IMG/VR virus record: IMGVR_UViG_3300044634_004833
Location: 32,001 to 96,000 of that record
Source of the DNA: a virus
DNA length: 64,000 bases
Reading direction: 5' to 3' (one strand)
In this document: positions 48,569-58,517 of the stretch, piece after piece
Layout: every line of letters begins with the position of its first letter
Position numbering within the stretch: the stretch's first letter is position 1
Position numbers and translations under genes: made by a program
Notes under the pieces: generated by a model
The model's input: the letters and a program-made list of their open reading frames with translations, nothing else
Databases searched by the model: none
What the model was told of the DNA's origin: nothing

Positions 48569-49452
48569 GAGTTTTATTAATTGGATCAAATGGATATATT
48601 GGTTCAAGATTTTATTCTGATTACAAAAATAAATATTATTTTAACTTAGTTGATAATTGTTTGCATAACAAAGCTTTATTTGAAGATACAATAAATCAAG
48701 ACTTTAAAAGTTTATCAAACTATTTTATTCAAAGTTTCGATGCAGTCGTTCTTCTTGCAGGGCATAGTAGTGTGCCAATGTGTAGAGGGAATTTTTTAAC
48801 ATCTTATAAAAATAATGTAGATAATTTTGTTGATTTAATATCTAAGCTAAATAAAACACAAAAATTTATATATGCTAGCAGTTCAAGTGTTTATGGAGTT
48901 GTAGATAGTCCAGTAGACGAAAATCATTTATGTTTTAAAACATATGAAAATTATGATACACAAAAAATTATAATTGATTTAATAGCAAATCAAATGGATT
49001 TAAATTATTATGGATTAAGATTCGGAACAGTTAATGGTTATTCTCCGCATACTAGAGAAGATATTATGTTAAATGCAATGACAAAGTCAGCATGGGAGAA
49101 AAATGAAGTTAATATTTTTAATCCAAAAACTAAAAGACCAATACTTGCAGTTGGAGATTTAGCAAGAGCAATAGATTGTATTATTCAATCAAAAGATGAT
49201 AATCATGGAATTTATAATCTTGCTTCTTTTAATTCAAATGTTTTATATCTTGGAACAGAAGTGGCTAATTATTTTAATGTTAATATTAAAAACAATGGAG
49301 ATAATGGAAATAAAACTTATGATTTTGCAATTGATTCATCTAAATTTAAAAATACATTTAATTTTGAATTTAGATATGATATAAAAAAGATATTGCAGGA
49401 ACTTGATTTTTATAAGAATGAATTAAAGTGGACAAAATTAAATATTAGTTAA
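48562..49452 (+). CDS. NAD-dependent epimerase/dehydratase
   Basis: GSNGYIG, ASSSSVYG, YDTQK, LRFGTVNG. Confidence 0.88.
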   Translation: MLRVLLIGSNGYIGSRFYSDYKNKYYFNLVDNCLHNKALFEDTINQDFKSLSNYFIQSFDAVVLLAGHSSVPMCRGNFLTSYKNNVDNFVDLISKLNKTQKFIYASSSSVYGVVDSPVDENHLCFKTYENYDTQKIIIDLIANQMDLNYYGLRFGTVNGYSPHTREDIMLNAMTKSAWEKNEVNIFNPKTKRPILAVGDLARAIDCIIQSKDDNHGIYNLASFNSNVLYLGTEVANYFNVNIKNNGDNGNKTYDFAIDSSKFKNTFNFEFRYDIKKILQELDFYKNELKWTKLNIS

Positions 49453-50094
49453 TATTGTTTTTATATATTTAATTTTATTTTCTATTGTATCTTCATGTTT
49501 TCTGAAAATTGTACCTGTTCCACACACCAAATTATTTGCTCCAGCTTTTACCATCAAAGGTATTGTTTCTGGTTTTACTCCGCCATCAATTTGAATTTCA
49601 AGATTGGGATTGTGTTTTTTGGCCTCAGAAATTTTATTGTAAATGTTATTATAAAATTTACCTCCTAATATTCCTGGATCTATGGCCATTAAGCAAAGGA
49701 TGTCAATATCTTGAATGATATCTAAAATAAAGTGTATTGGAGTGCTAGGATTTAATGCTATGCCAGCTTTTAATCCCAATTCTTTTATTTTGTGAACAAC
49801 TCTACTAGAATGCTTTGTTGCTTCTTGGTGAAAAACAATATAATCCGCTCCGCTTTTGGCGTAAACATCAATATGTTTTTCAGGATCATCAATCATTAAA
49901 TGAACATCAACTGGCTTTTTAGAAATCTTTTTTAACTCTTGTAATATTTCAGGATACAAACCAAATCTAGGAACAAAAATGCCATCCATAACATCAAAGT
50001 GTATTTGATCTATATTGCCGTTTTCTAAACAATATATGTCATCTTTTAAATTTATAGGATCTGCACATATTAATGATGCTGATAGTTTTGTCAT
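49438..50094 (-). CDS. rpe: ribulose-phosphate 3-epimerase
   Basis: HFDVMDGIFVP, DVHLM, MAIDPG, IDGG. Confidence 0.9.
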   Translation of the reverse strand: MTKLSASLICADPINLKDDIYCLENGNIDQIHFDVMDGIFVPRFGLYPEILQELKKISKKPVDVHLMIDDPEKHIDVYAKSGADYIVFHQEATKHSSRVVHKIKELGLKAGIALNPSTPIHFILDIIQDIDILCLMAIDPGILGGKFYNNIYNKISEAKKHNPNLEIQIDGGVKPETIPLMVKAGANNLVCGTGTIFRKHEDTIENKIKYIKTILTNI

Positions 50095-50098
50095 AGTT

Positions 50099-50653
50099 TT
50101 ACTCTAGAATACTGTGTGTTTGTTTCATTGATTCTTCTGTAATATTTAGTTTATCCATCATTAATAAAATTAAACTATCAAAAAATAACCACAAGCTTTG
50201 TTCATTTAAAGTTGTCATTGGCTGAATTGATTTTGTTTGATGGTTTCTAATTTTATTTGGGGCTTTAATTTCAATAGCAACGTCTGATAATTTTCCAATT
50301 GTTGATTCTATATTGTTTGTAAATGCAATTATAGTAGCGTTACTACTTTTAGCTATTTTTGCAAGTTCTACAATTGTTTTTGTTTCTCCAGAACCAGAGG
50401 CAACTAAAAACAAGTCCCCTTCGCCAATTCTTGGAACTGTTGTATCCCCTAGATGTGTTGCGTCAAATTTGCAATGGCCTAAGCGCATGCAAAAAGACCT
50501 TATGGCATACCCTACTCTTCCAGCACCACATGTAACTATTTTCTTACTTGAAGAAATATGGTTAATTACTTTTTCTATATTTTCATATTCTGCCAGTAAT
50601 AAAACATTCTCTATTTCATTTAAAACTATTTTTATTTTTTCTTTTATAGACAT
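50099..50653 (-). CDS. SIS-domain sugar-phosphate isomerase (HxlB/PHI-like)
   Basis: GAGRVG, ASGSGET, QPMTTLNEQ, HSILE. Confidence 0.85.
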   Translation of the reverse strand: MSIKEKIKIVLNEIENVLLLAEYENIEKVINHISSSKKIVTCGAGRVGYAIRSFCMRLGHCKFDATHLGDTTVPRIGEGDLFLVASGSGETKTIVELAKIAKSSNATIIAFTNNIESTIGKLSDVAIEIKAPNKIRNHQTKSIQPMTTLNEQSLWLFFDSLILLMMDKLNITEESMKQTHSILE

Positions 50654-50655
50654 GT

Positions 50656-51450
50656 TTACCTTCTTTTATTTTTTTCGCATAAATCTTTAAAGTATAAAAC
50701 ACATTTCATTGTATCTTCTAAAACATTCCATTTAAAATGTGTTTTATATTGATTGTAATATACTGTAAAATCATTATTGTTTAAACAAGTAACTAATAGT
50801 CCGCATTCATTTCTTATATAACTCGCAGAAGCTATTTGCCAACAACTTCGTGAGTCTCCATAAAAATCATAAAAATTTGCTATCTTATCCATGTTTTCAC
50901 TAGTTGCAAACCAAAGCACATCTTCAACTCTGGATGGCCCGTAGCATTCTGCATGGGCTCCATATACAAAAGTTTTTTCATCTACTTGACTTAAATCATC
51001 TTTTAAAGATTTAGAACTTGAAAATATTAAATCTGGTCGCATTCTTACAACATAATCGTATTTAAAGTTATTGTCTCTTTCATAATCTTTTTTAAAACTA
51101 TTTACATAGTAGCCAGATTCAAACATTGCAACTACATTTTTATTTAATTGTTTGTTAAACCTTAAGCCGCCTTGTATGTTTTGAATTTGCGTATTATTAA
51201 ATTCTTCTATGACTATTCTTTTGGGGTTATAAATTTCTCTAAAATCGTGAATTGTAGATTGAGAAATGGGGTATTGAGTAAAAGTTTGTCTTTCGCTTGG
51301 CAATCCTATATTATGACTTACTGTATCTATGTCCCATGTGTGGACAAAGAAATCACAGTTCTCTTTAAGATATCCTATATATTCTAAAATATTTTTAGAA
51401 CAGTCTACTCCATCTCGTATTTGTCCATTGAAGCAAATTGCAATTTTCAT
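50656..51450 (-). CDS. putative glycosyltransferase-like protein (paralog A1)
   Basis: MKIAICFNGQIR..DFFVHTW..YDYVVRMRPD; TATAAATA-N4-ATG. Confidence 0.65.
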   Translation of the reverse strand: MKIAICFNGQIRDGVDCSKNILEYIGYLKENCDFFVHTWDIDTVSHNIGLPSERQTFTQYPISQSTIHDFREIYNPKRIVIEEFNNTQIQNIQGGLRFNKQLNKNVVAMFESGYYVNSFKKDYERDNNFKYDYVVRMRPDLIFSSSKSLKDDLSQVDEKTFVYGAHAECYGPSRVEDVLWFATSENMDKIANFYDFYGDSRSCWQIASASYIRNECGLLVTCLNNNDFTVYYNQYKTHFKWNVLEDTMKCVLYFKDLCEKNKRR

Positions 51451-51511
51451 GAATTATTTATAAAATATACTGACTATTTTAATAATATTAACTACTAAAA
51501 AGAAAAAAATT

Positions 51512-52303
51512 ATGAAAATAGCAATATGTTTCAGTGGACAAATAAGGACAGGTTCGGAATGTTCTAGCAATTTTTTAAATTACATTGGAGACTTAATCAC
51601 AGATTGTGATTTTTTCGTGCATACTTGGGATGTTGAAACAATAAGCATGAACCTCCATGTAGACATAGGAAAAGAAACAAACAAACCATTTGTTGTTGAT
51701 AACAGTGTTTTTGAAACTTTTAAAAATATTTATAATCCAAGAAAAATGACAATTGATAAATATGACTCTGTTTTAACCAGAAACGCACCAGGCGGATTAA
51801 GATTTAATCAAAAAACTAATAATTATGTTGTCTCTTTGTTTGAATCTGTTTTTTATGCAAATGAATTAAAAAAACAATATGAAGAAGAAAATAATTTTAA
51901 ATATGATTATGTTGTTCGTTGTAGACCAGATTTAATTTTTTGTAGTTCTAAATCTTTAAAAGATGATATAGAACAAGCAAGAGATAAGCTTTTTTTATAT
52001 GGAGCACATAAACGTTGTTTTGGCGTAGAAAGAGTTGAAGATATATATTGGATAGCTAAAAGCGATGAAATGAATTGTGTATCAAATTTTTATGAATACT
52101 ACGCTAATCCTAACAATTATATCGGAGTAAATAGAGACTGGCAATTTGTTTTGTCTCATTACATTCAAAAAGAATGCAAATGTAATATAAGTTGTTTAAA
52201 AAATAATGAATTTACAGTTTATTATAATCATTATAAAGATTTATTTGGATGGGATACAACAAATGTAGAGGAATGTATCAAAAGGTGTCGTGAGTTACCT
52301 TGA
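51512..52303 (+). CDS. putative glycosyltransferase-like protein (paralog A2)
   Basis: MKIAICFSGQIR..DFFVHTW..YDYVVRCRPD. Confidence 0.65.
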   Translation: MKIAICFSGQIRTGSECSSNFLNYIGDLITDCDFFVHTWDVETISMNLHVDIGKETNKPFVVDNSVFETFKNIYNPRKMTIDKYDSVLTRNAPGGLRFNQKTNNYVVSLFESVFYANELKKQYEEENNFKYDYVVRCRPDLIFCSSKSLKDDIEQARDKLFLYGAHKRCFGVERVEDIYWIAKSDEMNCVSNFYEYYANPNNYIGVNRDWQFVLSHYIQKECKCNISCLKNNEFTVYYNHYKDLFGWDTTNVEECIKRCRELP

Positions 52304-53837
52304 ACAATTCTAAAAATCCTTTTAAAAATAAATATTGTCCAAATTTTTCTGGATGTAATGGCGACATATTTAAATAAGATAAAGCTGCTATTGTTTTTAC
52401 ATGAGAAAGATCATAGTTTTTAATAATCCATGATTCATATAATTCTAAAAACTTTGAATTATTTTTTGTTTGAAAAACTTTTAAAATGTATTTGTTTTCT
52501 TCGTTTGAGAAAGGATCTGATTCTTCGTTTGCAAGACTAAAGTTTACGTTTGTTCCAGCATAAAGTTTTGCTAAATCATAATAGCTATCGCCTAACAAGG
52601 CTCCTTCAAAATCGCTTCTCCAATCTATTAATTTGAATGAATTATTTTTTGTATAAATTACATTTCCAAAATTTAAATCTCCATGAAATATAGAACAGAT
52701 ACCCATATCAGAAATTTTTTCCCAATTTATGTTTTCTAATATAGTATAAATATTGCTTACGTTAATGTTATCAATAATAATATTGTTTTTATAATTTAAA
52801 TTTTTATTAATATAATCTTTTACTCTTTTAAAAGTTTTTTCCTTGTAAAAGGAAAGGCAATTTTTTTTAAAATTATCATATTTTGGTTCTGTTTTATTAA
52901 AAAGATTTTTTTCTAGCCATAATAAAAACTTTTCAAATACTTCAATATTGTCAACCTCATAGAGTGTTTTTCCTTCTATAAAGTTATGGCAAATTAAATT
53001 TTCACAATCTGAATTTATAGAAGATTCTATTAGATTTGATAGCATTTCTGCTCTTTGTTTTTTTAGTTTTATTTTTTCTGGCAGATTTATTTTAGCTACT
53101 TTGTTATTAACTTTGTATGTAAACTCATCTATATCTATTTTTTTAAGTTCATAATGAGCCATTCCTTTTGTTTTTTTATTTAATTCTTCATATAAGCTTT
53201 TTCTTCCAACATCAATCCATGATATTTCTTTTGCAAAAATATCAGCAAAAAAAGGTTTGTAAAAAACCACAACATTTTCTACTTCTTTTTCTCCTTTGCT
53301 TCTTTTATGACTTTCAAATTTTTCCCAGAATTTATCATAATCTTTTATAGCTGCTATTCCAGTATAAGCATATTCATAACTATCTTTTGATTTGTTTTTA
53401 AAATCAACAAGTTTGCCATTTTCAACTTTGCAAGTAGAATAATTTTCCAAGTCATCAACTTTTGAAATACCAATCCAGTTTTGGTCAATGGCTGGCAAAG
53501 TTTTGCCAATAAAAGAATCTGCTGTTGCAATATAGAAAGGACATTGAAGTTCGTTTTTGCAACAATACATGCTATAGCCAGGCCCAGAACCTGGCTTGTC
53601 ATAATTATCAACTATAACAAATTTTATTTTTTTATCCGGATGCAAAGTCTTGCAGTAATCAACTATTTGTTCTGACTTGTATCCTAGAGCTAATACAATT
53701 TCATCAACATCACAGTTTTCTATTACATGGCTTATTACTGCTTTTCCGCCAATAGGAAGCAAGCCTTTGTTTATTTGATTTGTGTAAGATTCCATTCTGG
53801 ATCCTACTCCAGCAGCTAGAATAAGTAGTTTTTTCAT
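52278..53837 (-). CDS. sugar nucleotidyltransferase fused to an APH/choline-kinase-like domain
   Basis: ILAAGVGSRM..NKGLLP; C-terminal FHGDLNFGN..LIDWR..YDLAK; TAAATA-N4-ATG. Confidence 0.85.
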   Translation of the reverse strand: MKKLLILAAGVGSRMESYTNQINKGLLPIGGKAVISHVIENCDVDEIVLALGYKSEQIVDYCKTLHPDKKIKFVIVDNYDKPGSGPGYSMYCCKNELQCPFYIATADSFIGKTLPAIDQNWIGISKVDDLENYSTCKVENGKLVDFKNKSKDSYEYAYTGIAAIKDYDKFWEKFESHKRSKGEKEVENVVVFYKPFFADIFAKEISWIDVGRKSLYEELNKKTKGMAHYELKKIDIDEFTYKVNNKVAKINLPEKIKLKKQRAEMLSNLIESSINSDCENLICHNFIEGKTLYEVDNIEVFEKFLLWLEKNLFNKTEPKYDNFKKNCLSFYKEKTFKRVKDYINKNLNYKNNIIIDNINVSNIYTILENINWEKISDMGICSIFHGDLNFGNVIYTKNNSFKLIDWRSDFEGALLGDSYYDLAKLYAGTNVNFSLANEESDPFSNEENKYILKVFQTKNNSKFLELYESWIIKNYDLSHVKTIAALSYLNMSPLHPEKFGQYLFLKGFLELFKVTHDTF

Positions 53838-53853
53838 AACGTATTTATTATGA

Positions 53854-54960
53854 TTAACCTAAATATAAATTTTTAAACCATTCTTTTGGCGGAGTATTTT
53901 CATTATCAAATCCATGACCATAAGTTTGCATAGGGACTGTAACAGATTCTAAAATGTAATGATTGTATCCTTCTTTTATTTGATTCATATCTATTTCAGG
54001 AAAAATGTCTGTTTCTTGTAATTTTTTATGCCAAAATAATGGTATTCTGTCTAATGTAAATCTATAGTCAGTCCCATTTATTCCATATGCAGATTTTAGT
54101 TTTCGAATTGCTGGATTTACATTTGTAACAGTAGGATCATATTCGTTATATCCATATTTAATTTTCATTGTTTTATTAAAAAAGCCTAATGGAATTTCAA
54201 GTGCTGGCCCACAATTTGATAAATTGCCAACATGTGAATATCCATCGTAGTGTCTGCAAAGTTCTCTAGTTGGAACCCAAGTGTCTACAAACAATTTGTG
54301 GCCTGTAGCTACTGTTATTCCATCTGTTCGATAAAGCGCCCAAGGGTGATATGAATTTTGTTCTCTTTCGAATGCCTCAAGTTCTAGATTGAACCAATAG
54401 TGATGCCACAATTCTTTTCTAACTATACGAATAGCATCGTGAAAACACCAAGGAAATTTTGCTGCCATTTTACTTTCATCTAAAACAGCTTTCAAATTTT
54501 TTGCAATTCTTATTGTTTCAAACCAATGAGAATATTGTAAGGCTGCATGGGGATTTTCAGACTTTGAAACTAGATCATTGCCAATTCTTAAAGCATCTAA
54601 ATTATAATCCATAAATATATGGTCATCATTTCCCGCAAAAAATATTGTGTTGTCGTCGATGCTTTCTAAAATTGGATAAGTATTTCTCCAATTTGCTAAA
54701 TTTTCATTTCTTGTCCAAAATATTTGAACTTTTTCTTCCCCCATCTCATCAATTATATATTTTTCAAGATTGTCTCTCTCGTCAATCAAATCATGGTCTA
54801 GCTTTATATAAAATATAAATTTACTTACAATAGGGTCCATGACGGCGTAACTACTTATGCAATATTTAAAAACATCAAGTCTTTTATCGGTTCTTAAATT
54901 ATGCCTCTGAAATGGCATAAGTCTTTGATTTGAAATTTTTACGTTGAATAAAACAATCAT
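53854..54960 (-). CDS. putative glycosyltransferase-like protein (paralog B1)
   Basis: GNDDHIF.DY, SHW.E, PTRELCRHYDGYSHVG. Confidence 0.55.
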   Translation of the reverse strand: MIVLFNVKISNQRLMPFQRHNLRTDKRLDVFKYCISSYAVMDPIVSKFIFYIKLDHDLIDERDNLEKYIIDEMGEEKVQIFWTRNENLANWRNTYPILESIDDNTIFFAGNDDHIFMDYNLDALRIGNDLVSKSENPHAALQYSHWFETIRIAKNLKAVLDESKMAAKFPWCFHDAIRIVRKELWHHYWFNLELEAFEREQNSYHPWALYRTDGITVATGHKLFVDTWVPTRELCRHYDGYSHVGNLSNCGPALEIPLGFFNKTMKIKYGYNEYDPTVTNVNPAIRKLKSAYGINGTDYRFTLDRIPLFWHKKLQETDIFPEIDMNQIKEGYNHYILESVTVPMQTYGHGFDNENTPPKEWFKNLYLG

Positions 54961-54969
54961 TTTTCACCA

Positions 54970-55560
54970 TCACTTAGTTACTTCGCAAAACATTTGTTGC
55001 CAGTCGCTTCTAAAAAGAAGCTTCACTTCTCTATTGTAATTCTCTAACCAACGATTAAATGCTCTCAATTCTTGATTATATTCCTCATCATGGCCGTTAT
55101 AAATTTCATCAAACAAAATAAAAGTTCCTGGAGCAATATAATTGTTTAATGAATCAAATATTTCATTTGTAGAATATTCTAAATCGCAATCTACATGAAG
55201 AAACTTAATTTTTGTATTATTGTTATCTAAATGCTGTATAAATCCGGGAAGAGTCTCTGCAAAGTAGCCAACCCACAATTTGACATTACTGTTTACAGGA
55301 GGCAAGCCTTCTTGTGCAAAAGCTCCTGCTGGCAAGTCTCGCCATGCTTCTGATAGACCTTTGAACGAATCAAACCCATGTATAGTCTTTTGAGGATAAA
55401 GAGTGGCGAATTTATTTATAGAAGCCCCAGAGCCAACTCCAAATTCTGCAAATTCACCAGAAGGCAGCTCCTCATTTATATAGCTTTTTATTTCCCAGTG
55501 ATGGTCATATAGCCTAAAAACTTTGGGAATTGCAAAAATATCTGACTCAGTTATTTTCAT
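54970..55560 (-). CDS. TylF/MycF-like class I SAM methyltransferase
   Basis: EFGVGSG, GFDSFKGL, GYFAETLP, LHVDCDL, LFDE. Confidence 0.85.
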   Translation of the reverse strand: MKITESDIFAIPKVFRLYDHHWEIKSYINEELPSGEFAEFGVGSGASINKFATLYPQKTIHGFDSFKGLSEAWRDLPAGAFAQEGLPPVNSNVKLWVGYFAETLPGFIQHLDNNNTKIKFLHVDCDLEYSTNEIFDSLNNYIAPGTFILFDEIYNGHDEEYNQELRAFNRWLENYNREVKLLFRSDWQQMFCEVTK

Positions 55561-55573
55561 TTTTTTCCTTGAC

Positions 55574-56191
55574 TTAATTATGAACAAATAGAATGTTTTC
55601 AACCTTTATTGGATTTGTAATAGCAGCAATTTTGCCAGCATAAATGCCATCGGCACACGCTATAAAATCAGTCCAAGGAGTTGTTTTTACCAAATCCATT
55701 CTGCTAATGAATGCTCCCATGTCTATTCCGTTTGGACCTGGTCTAGTATGGAATAGCCTCCAAGTATGATGTGAATGTATCATGTTACAAAAAGACATTC
55801 CAGAATTATTGTTGACTGCAGCAGCAAGCATTATTTTAAAAAAGTCTGGAACATAATAATTATCTTCGTTTGTAAAAAGAACCCAATCTGCATGAGGTTC
55901 GATCATAGCTGTTGGATGGCGGTGGTGAAAACCCCAGCATCCTTTTTTGGGAAGATTGTCTAAAAATGTTATCTTGGGACTTAAATTTCTAAATTTATCT
56001 GCTAATGTAATATCATTAAGAGGTCCATCATGATGTATGAAAATTTCAAAATTAGTATAAGTTTGAGCTAGTAATGAATGGACACAACAAAAAGCAGCAT
56101 CTATTTTTCTTTGATCTACATTTAAGTATGCAGATACTACTGCTCTTATTTTTGGATTTCCAGATATATTTTGGTGTGCGTATCTTCCCAT
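55574..56191 (-). CDS. GT2-like glycosyltransferase
   Basis: SLLAQTY.NFEI..HDGP..WGF..FTNEDNYY..IDMG. Confidence 0.75.
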   Translation of the reverse strand: MGRYAHQNISGNPKIRAVVSAYLNVDQRKIDAAFCCVHSLLAQTYTNFEIFIHHDGPLNDITLADKFRNLSPKITFLDNLPKKGCWGFHHRHPTAMIEPHADWVLFTNEDNYYVPDFFKIMLAAAVNNNSGMSFCNMIHSHHTWRLFHTRPGPNGIDMGAFISRMDLVKTTPWTDFIACADGIYAGKIAAITNPIKVENILFVHN

Positions 56192-56238
56192 TTTATTAAA
56201 TTCTTTTCTTTTTTAAACTAGTAATTATTATTATATTT

Positions 56239-57348
56239 TTGATGATTATTTTATACAACATACACTTGAAGCCAAATAGAACTGTATTTTACGAAAGACC
56301 AAACTTAAGGTCTGATGATAGAATAGATATTTTTAAATATTCTATTGCAACTCATGCAGTTACAGATCCTTTGGTTTCTAAATTTTTGTTCTTTATATCT
56401 ATAGATCCAGAATGGGAAAACAGAAAAGAAGAAATTGAAAAATTTATTTACAACAACCATGATGAAGAAAAAGTAAAAATTGAATGGAAAGCCAAGGAAA
56501 CATTAGAAGAATGGCAAAATTTAAGTTACGAACTCGATAAAATTGATGATAAAACAATTTATTTTTTGTCAAATGAAGACCATATTTTTATTGATTATGA
56601 TTTGGAAGCTTTGTTTTATACCATTAAAGAAGTGGAAAATGATCCGAATCCTTTTTCAGCCATGTTTTATTCCCATTGGCCCGAATTAATAAGAGTTGCA
56701 AAAAGACTCGGTGGCAACTTAAGTTCTTCTGGATATTCTGTTAATTTCGACTGGTCTGTACACGATTCTATAAGATTGATTAGAAAAGAACTCTGGAGAA
56801 AATATTGGTTCGATTGGGATTTTAGAGATTTGCCTCCTTCTACAAATATATCGAGCATTAAAAAGTTTTTACCAGATGGATTTAATGTAAGCTGTCATGT
56901 TCCAACGAGAGAAATTTGCAGACATTATGACGGATATTCGCATGTTGGCAATCTTTTTAATTATTATCCACCTCTTGAAATACCAAAAGGATTTTTAAGT
57001 AAAAATATGACAGTTCGTTATGGATGGAATGATATTTGGACTCATGATAATTTTTCAAATATTAATCCATTGATGCCAAATATGAAAACTGTAGATCCTA
57101 GATGTGGAGTAGATTATAAACTTACCCTTGACAAACTACCAATGTCATGGTGGGGAAGAATATCTGATATTAATGAAAATCCTCATATGAATGAAGAAGA
57201 AATGGCTGTTGGATACAAAAATTGGCTTTATGATTCTCTAAAAGTTCCTATAGGAGCTTATTGTATGCATTTTAATGAAAATGATTTTCCACCAATAGAA
57301 TGGATTGAAAAACATATAAAACAAGTAAAAATGCTAAGAACCTTTTAA
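56239..57348 (+). CDS. putative glycosyltransferase-like protein (paralog B2)
   Basis: SNEDHIF.DY, SHWPE, PTREICRHYDGYSHVG. Confidence 0.55.
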   Translation: MMIILYNIHLKPNRTVFYERPNLRSDDRIDIFKYSIATHAVTDPLVSKFLFFISIDPEWENRKEEIEKFIYNNHDEEKVKIEWKAKETLEEWQNLSYELDKIDDKTIYFLSNEDHIFIDYDLEALFYTIKEVENDPNPFSAMFYSHWPELIRVAKRLGGNLSSSGYSVNFDWSVHDSIRLIRKELWRKYWFDWDFRDLPPSTNISSIKKFLPDGFNVSCHVPTREICRHYDGYSHVGNLFNYYPPLEIPKGFLSKNMTVRYGWNDIWTHDNFSNINPLMPNMKTVDPRCGVDYKLTLDKLPMSWWGRISDINENPHMNEEEMAVGYKNWLYDSLKVPIGAYCMHFNENDFPPIEWIEKHIKQVKMLRTF

Positions 57349-57355
57349 ATATAAT

Positions 57356-57949
57356 ATGTTTGACTTAGTAATTGCAAAATATAAAGAAGATATATCATGG
57401 GCAGAACAACTGAATTTTAGAAAATTTATTTATAATAAAAATGATGAGCCTTTTCCCAATTCTATAAAACTTAAAAATATTGGAAGAGAAGCACATACAT
57501 GGGCTTATCATATAGTAAAAAATTATAACAATATTGATGAATATACAATATTCGTACAAGGAGACCCTTTTTACCATTTTGAAAATTTTATGGAAATTGC
57601 AAAAAGATTACCAGAGTCTTTAGATCAACTTAATAAAGTTGATGATGGATTGTATAGTCTTGCTGATATTAATCAACCAGAAGATTTAGATTTTTTAAAA
57701 AATAGAAACGTTCATCCAGATAAAGTTTTAAAATTAATTTCTTCAAAAGAACAAAATAAAACTTTGTTTCCATTTGCTTGGGGAGCCCAACATATTGTAC
57801 ATCGTAATAATATTCTTTGCAAGTCTATTAATTTTTGGCAGAAACTAGTTGAAATACATGATACTGCAATTCATTGGCCTTGGAGTATCGAAAGATGTTG
57901 GTTTGATATTTTTGGTTCTAAAACTTTTAATAATAAATTATTTTTTTAA
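57356..57949 (+). CDS. DUF3431-like protein
   Basis: VIAKYKED.SW, NIGREAHT..HI, FVQGDPF.H; TAAATA-N4-ATG. Confidence 0.75.
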   Translation: MFDLVIAKYKEDISWAEQLNFRKFIYNKNDEPFPNSIKLKNIGREAHTWAYHIVKNYNNIDEYTIFVQGDPFYHFENFMEIAKRLPESLDQLNKVDDGLYSLADINQPEDLDFLKNRNVHPDKVLKLISSKEQNKTLFPFAWGAQHIVHRNNILCKSINFWQKLVEIHDTAIHWPWSIERCWFDIFGSKTFNNKLFF

Positions 57950-57992
57950 CTTCAAAAATTTTTATATTTATTTGTTTTTTAATAAATAAAGC

Positions 57993-58517
57993 ATGAAAAC
58001 TTTTAGTGAATATTACAAAGATTCTGGCCTAGGGAAATGGTTGGACGAAAAGTGGGTTGACATTAGCAGAAAAGACAAAAGTGGCAAACATCCACCTTGT
58101 GGGGCTTCTGCTAAAAAAGGAACAAGAAAAAAAGGCCAAAAGAAAGCATATCCTAAATGCAGGCCCGCTGCAAAAGCAGCCGCTATGAGCGATGATCTTA
58201 AAAAGAAAGCAACTCAACAAAAAAGAAGAGCCGAAGGAAAAAATAAGCACAAAAAAGGCAGGAAACCAGTCGTTGTATCTCATAAGAATTTGAAAGAGGA
58301 TGTTATGTTAAATGAGGGGAAAAAAAATAAACCTAACAATCCTAAATTATGGAGTAGAGCGCAGGCTTGGGCGAGAAAAAAGTTTGATGTACATCCTAGT
58401 GCCTATAGTAATTTAGCTGCAAGCAAGTGGTACAAGGAACGTGGCGGCACATGGAGAAGCACAAACGAATCTTATTTGCCAACATTCAAGGAATGGTTAG
58501 ATATTAATGCACTTTAA
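57993..58517 (+). CDS. basic phage protein (DUF5872-like), putative virion protein
   Basis: GLGKW.DEKWVD..PCG..YPKCRP and PSAY..KWYK..GG.W; N-terminus MKTFSEYY; TAAATA-N4-ATG. Confidence 0.65.
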   Translation: MKTFSEYYKDSGLGKWLDEKWVDISRKDKSGKHPPCGASAKKGTRKKGQKKAYPKCRPAAKAAAMSDDLKKKATQQKRRAEGKNKHKKGRKPVVVSHKNLKEDVMLNEGKKNKPNNPKLWSRAQAWARKKFDVHPSAYSNLAASKWYKERGGTWRSTNESYLPTFKEWLDINAL

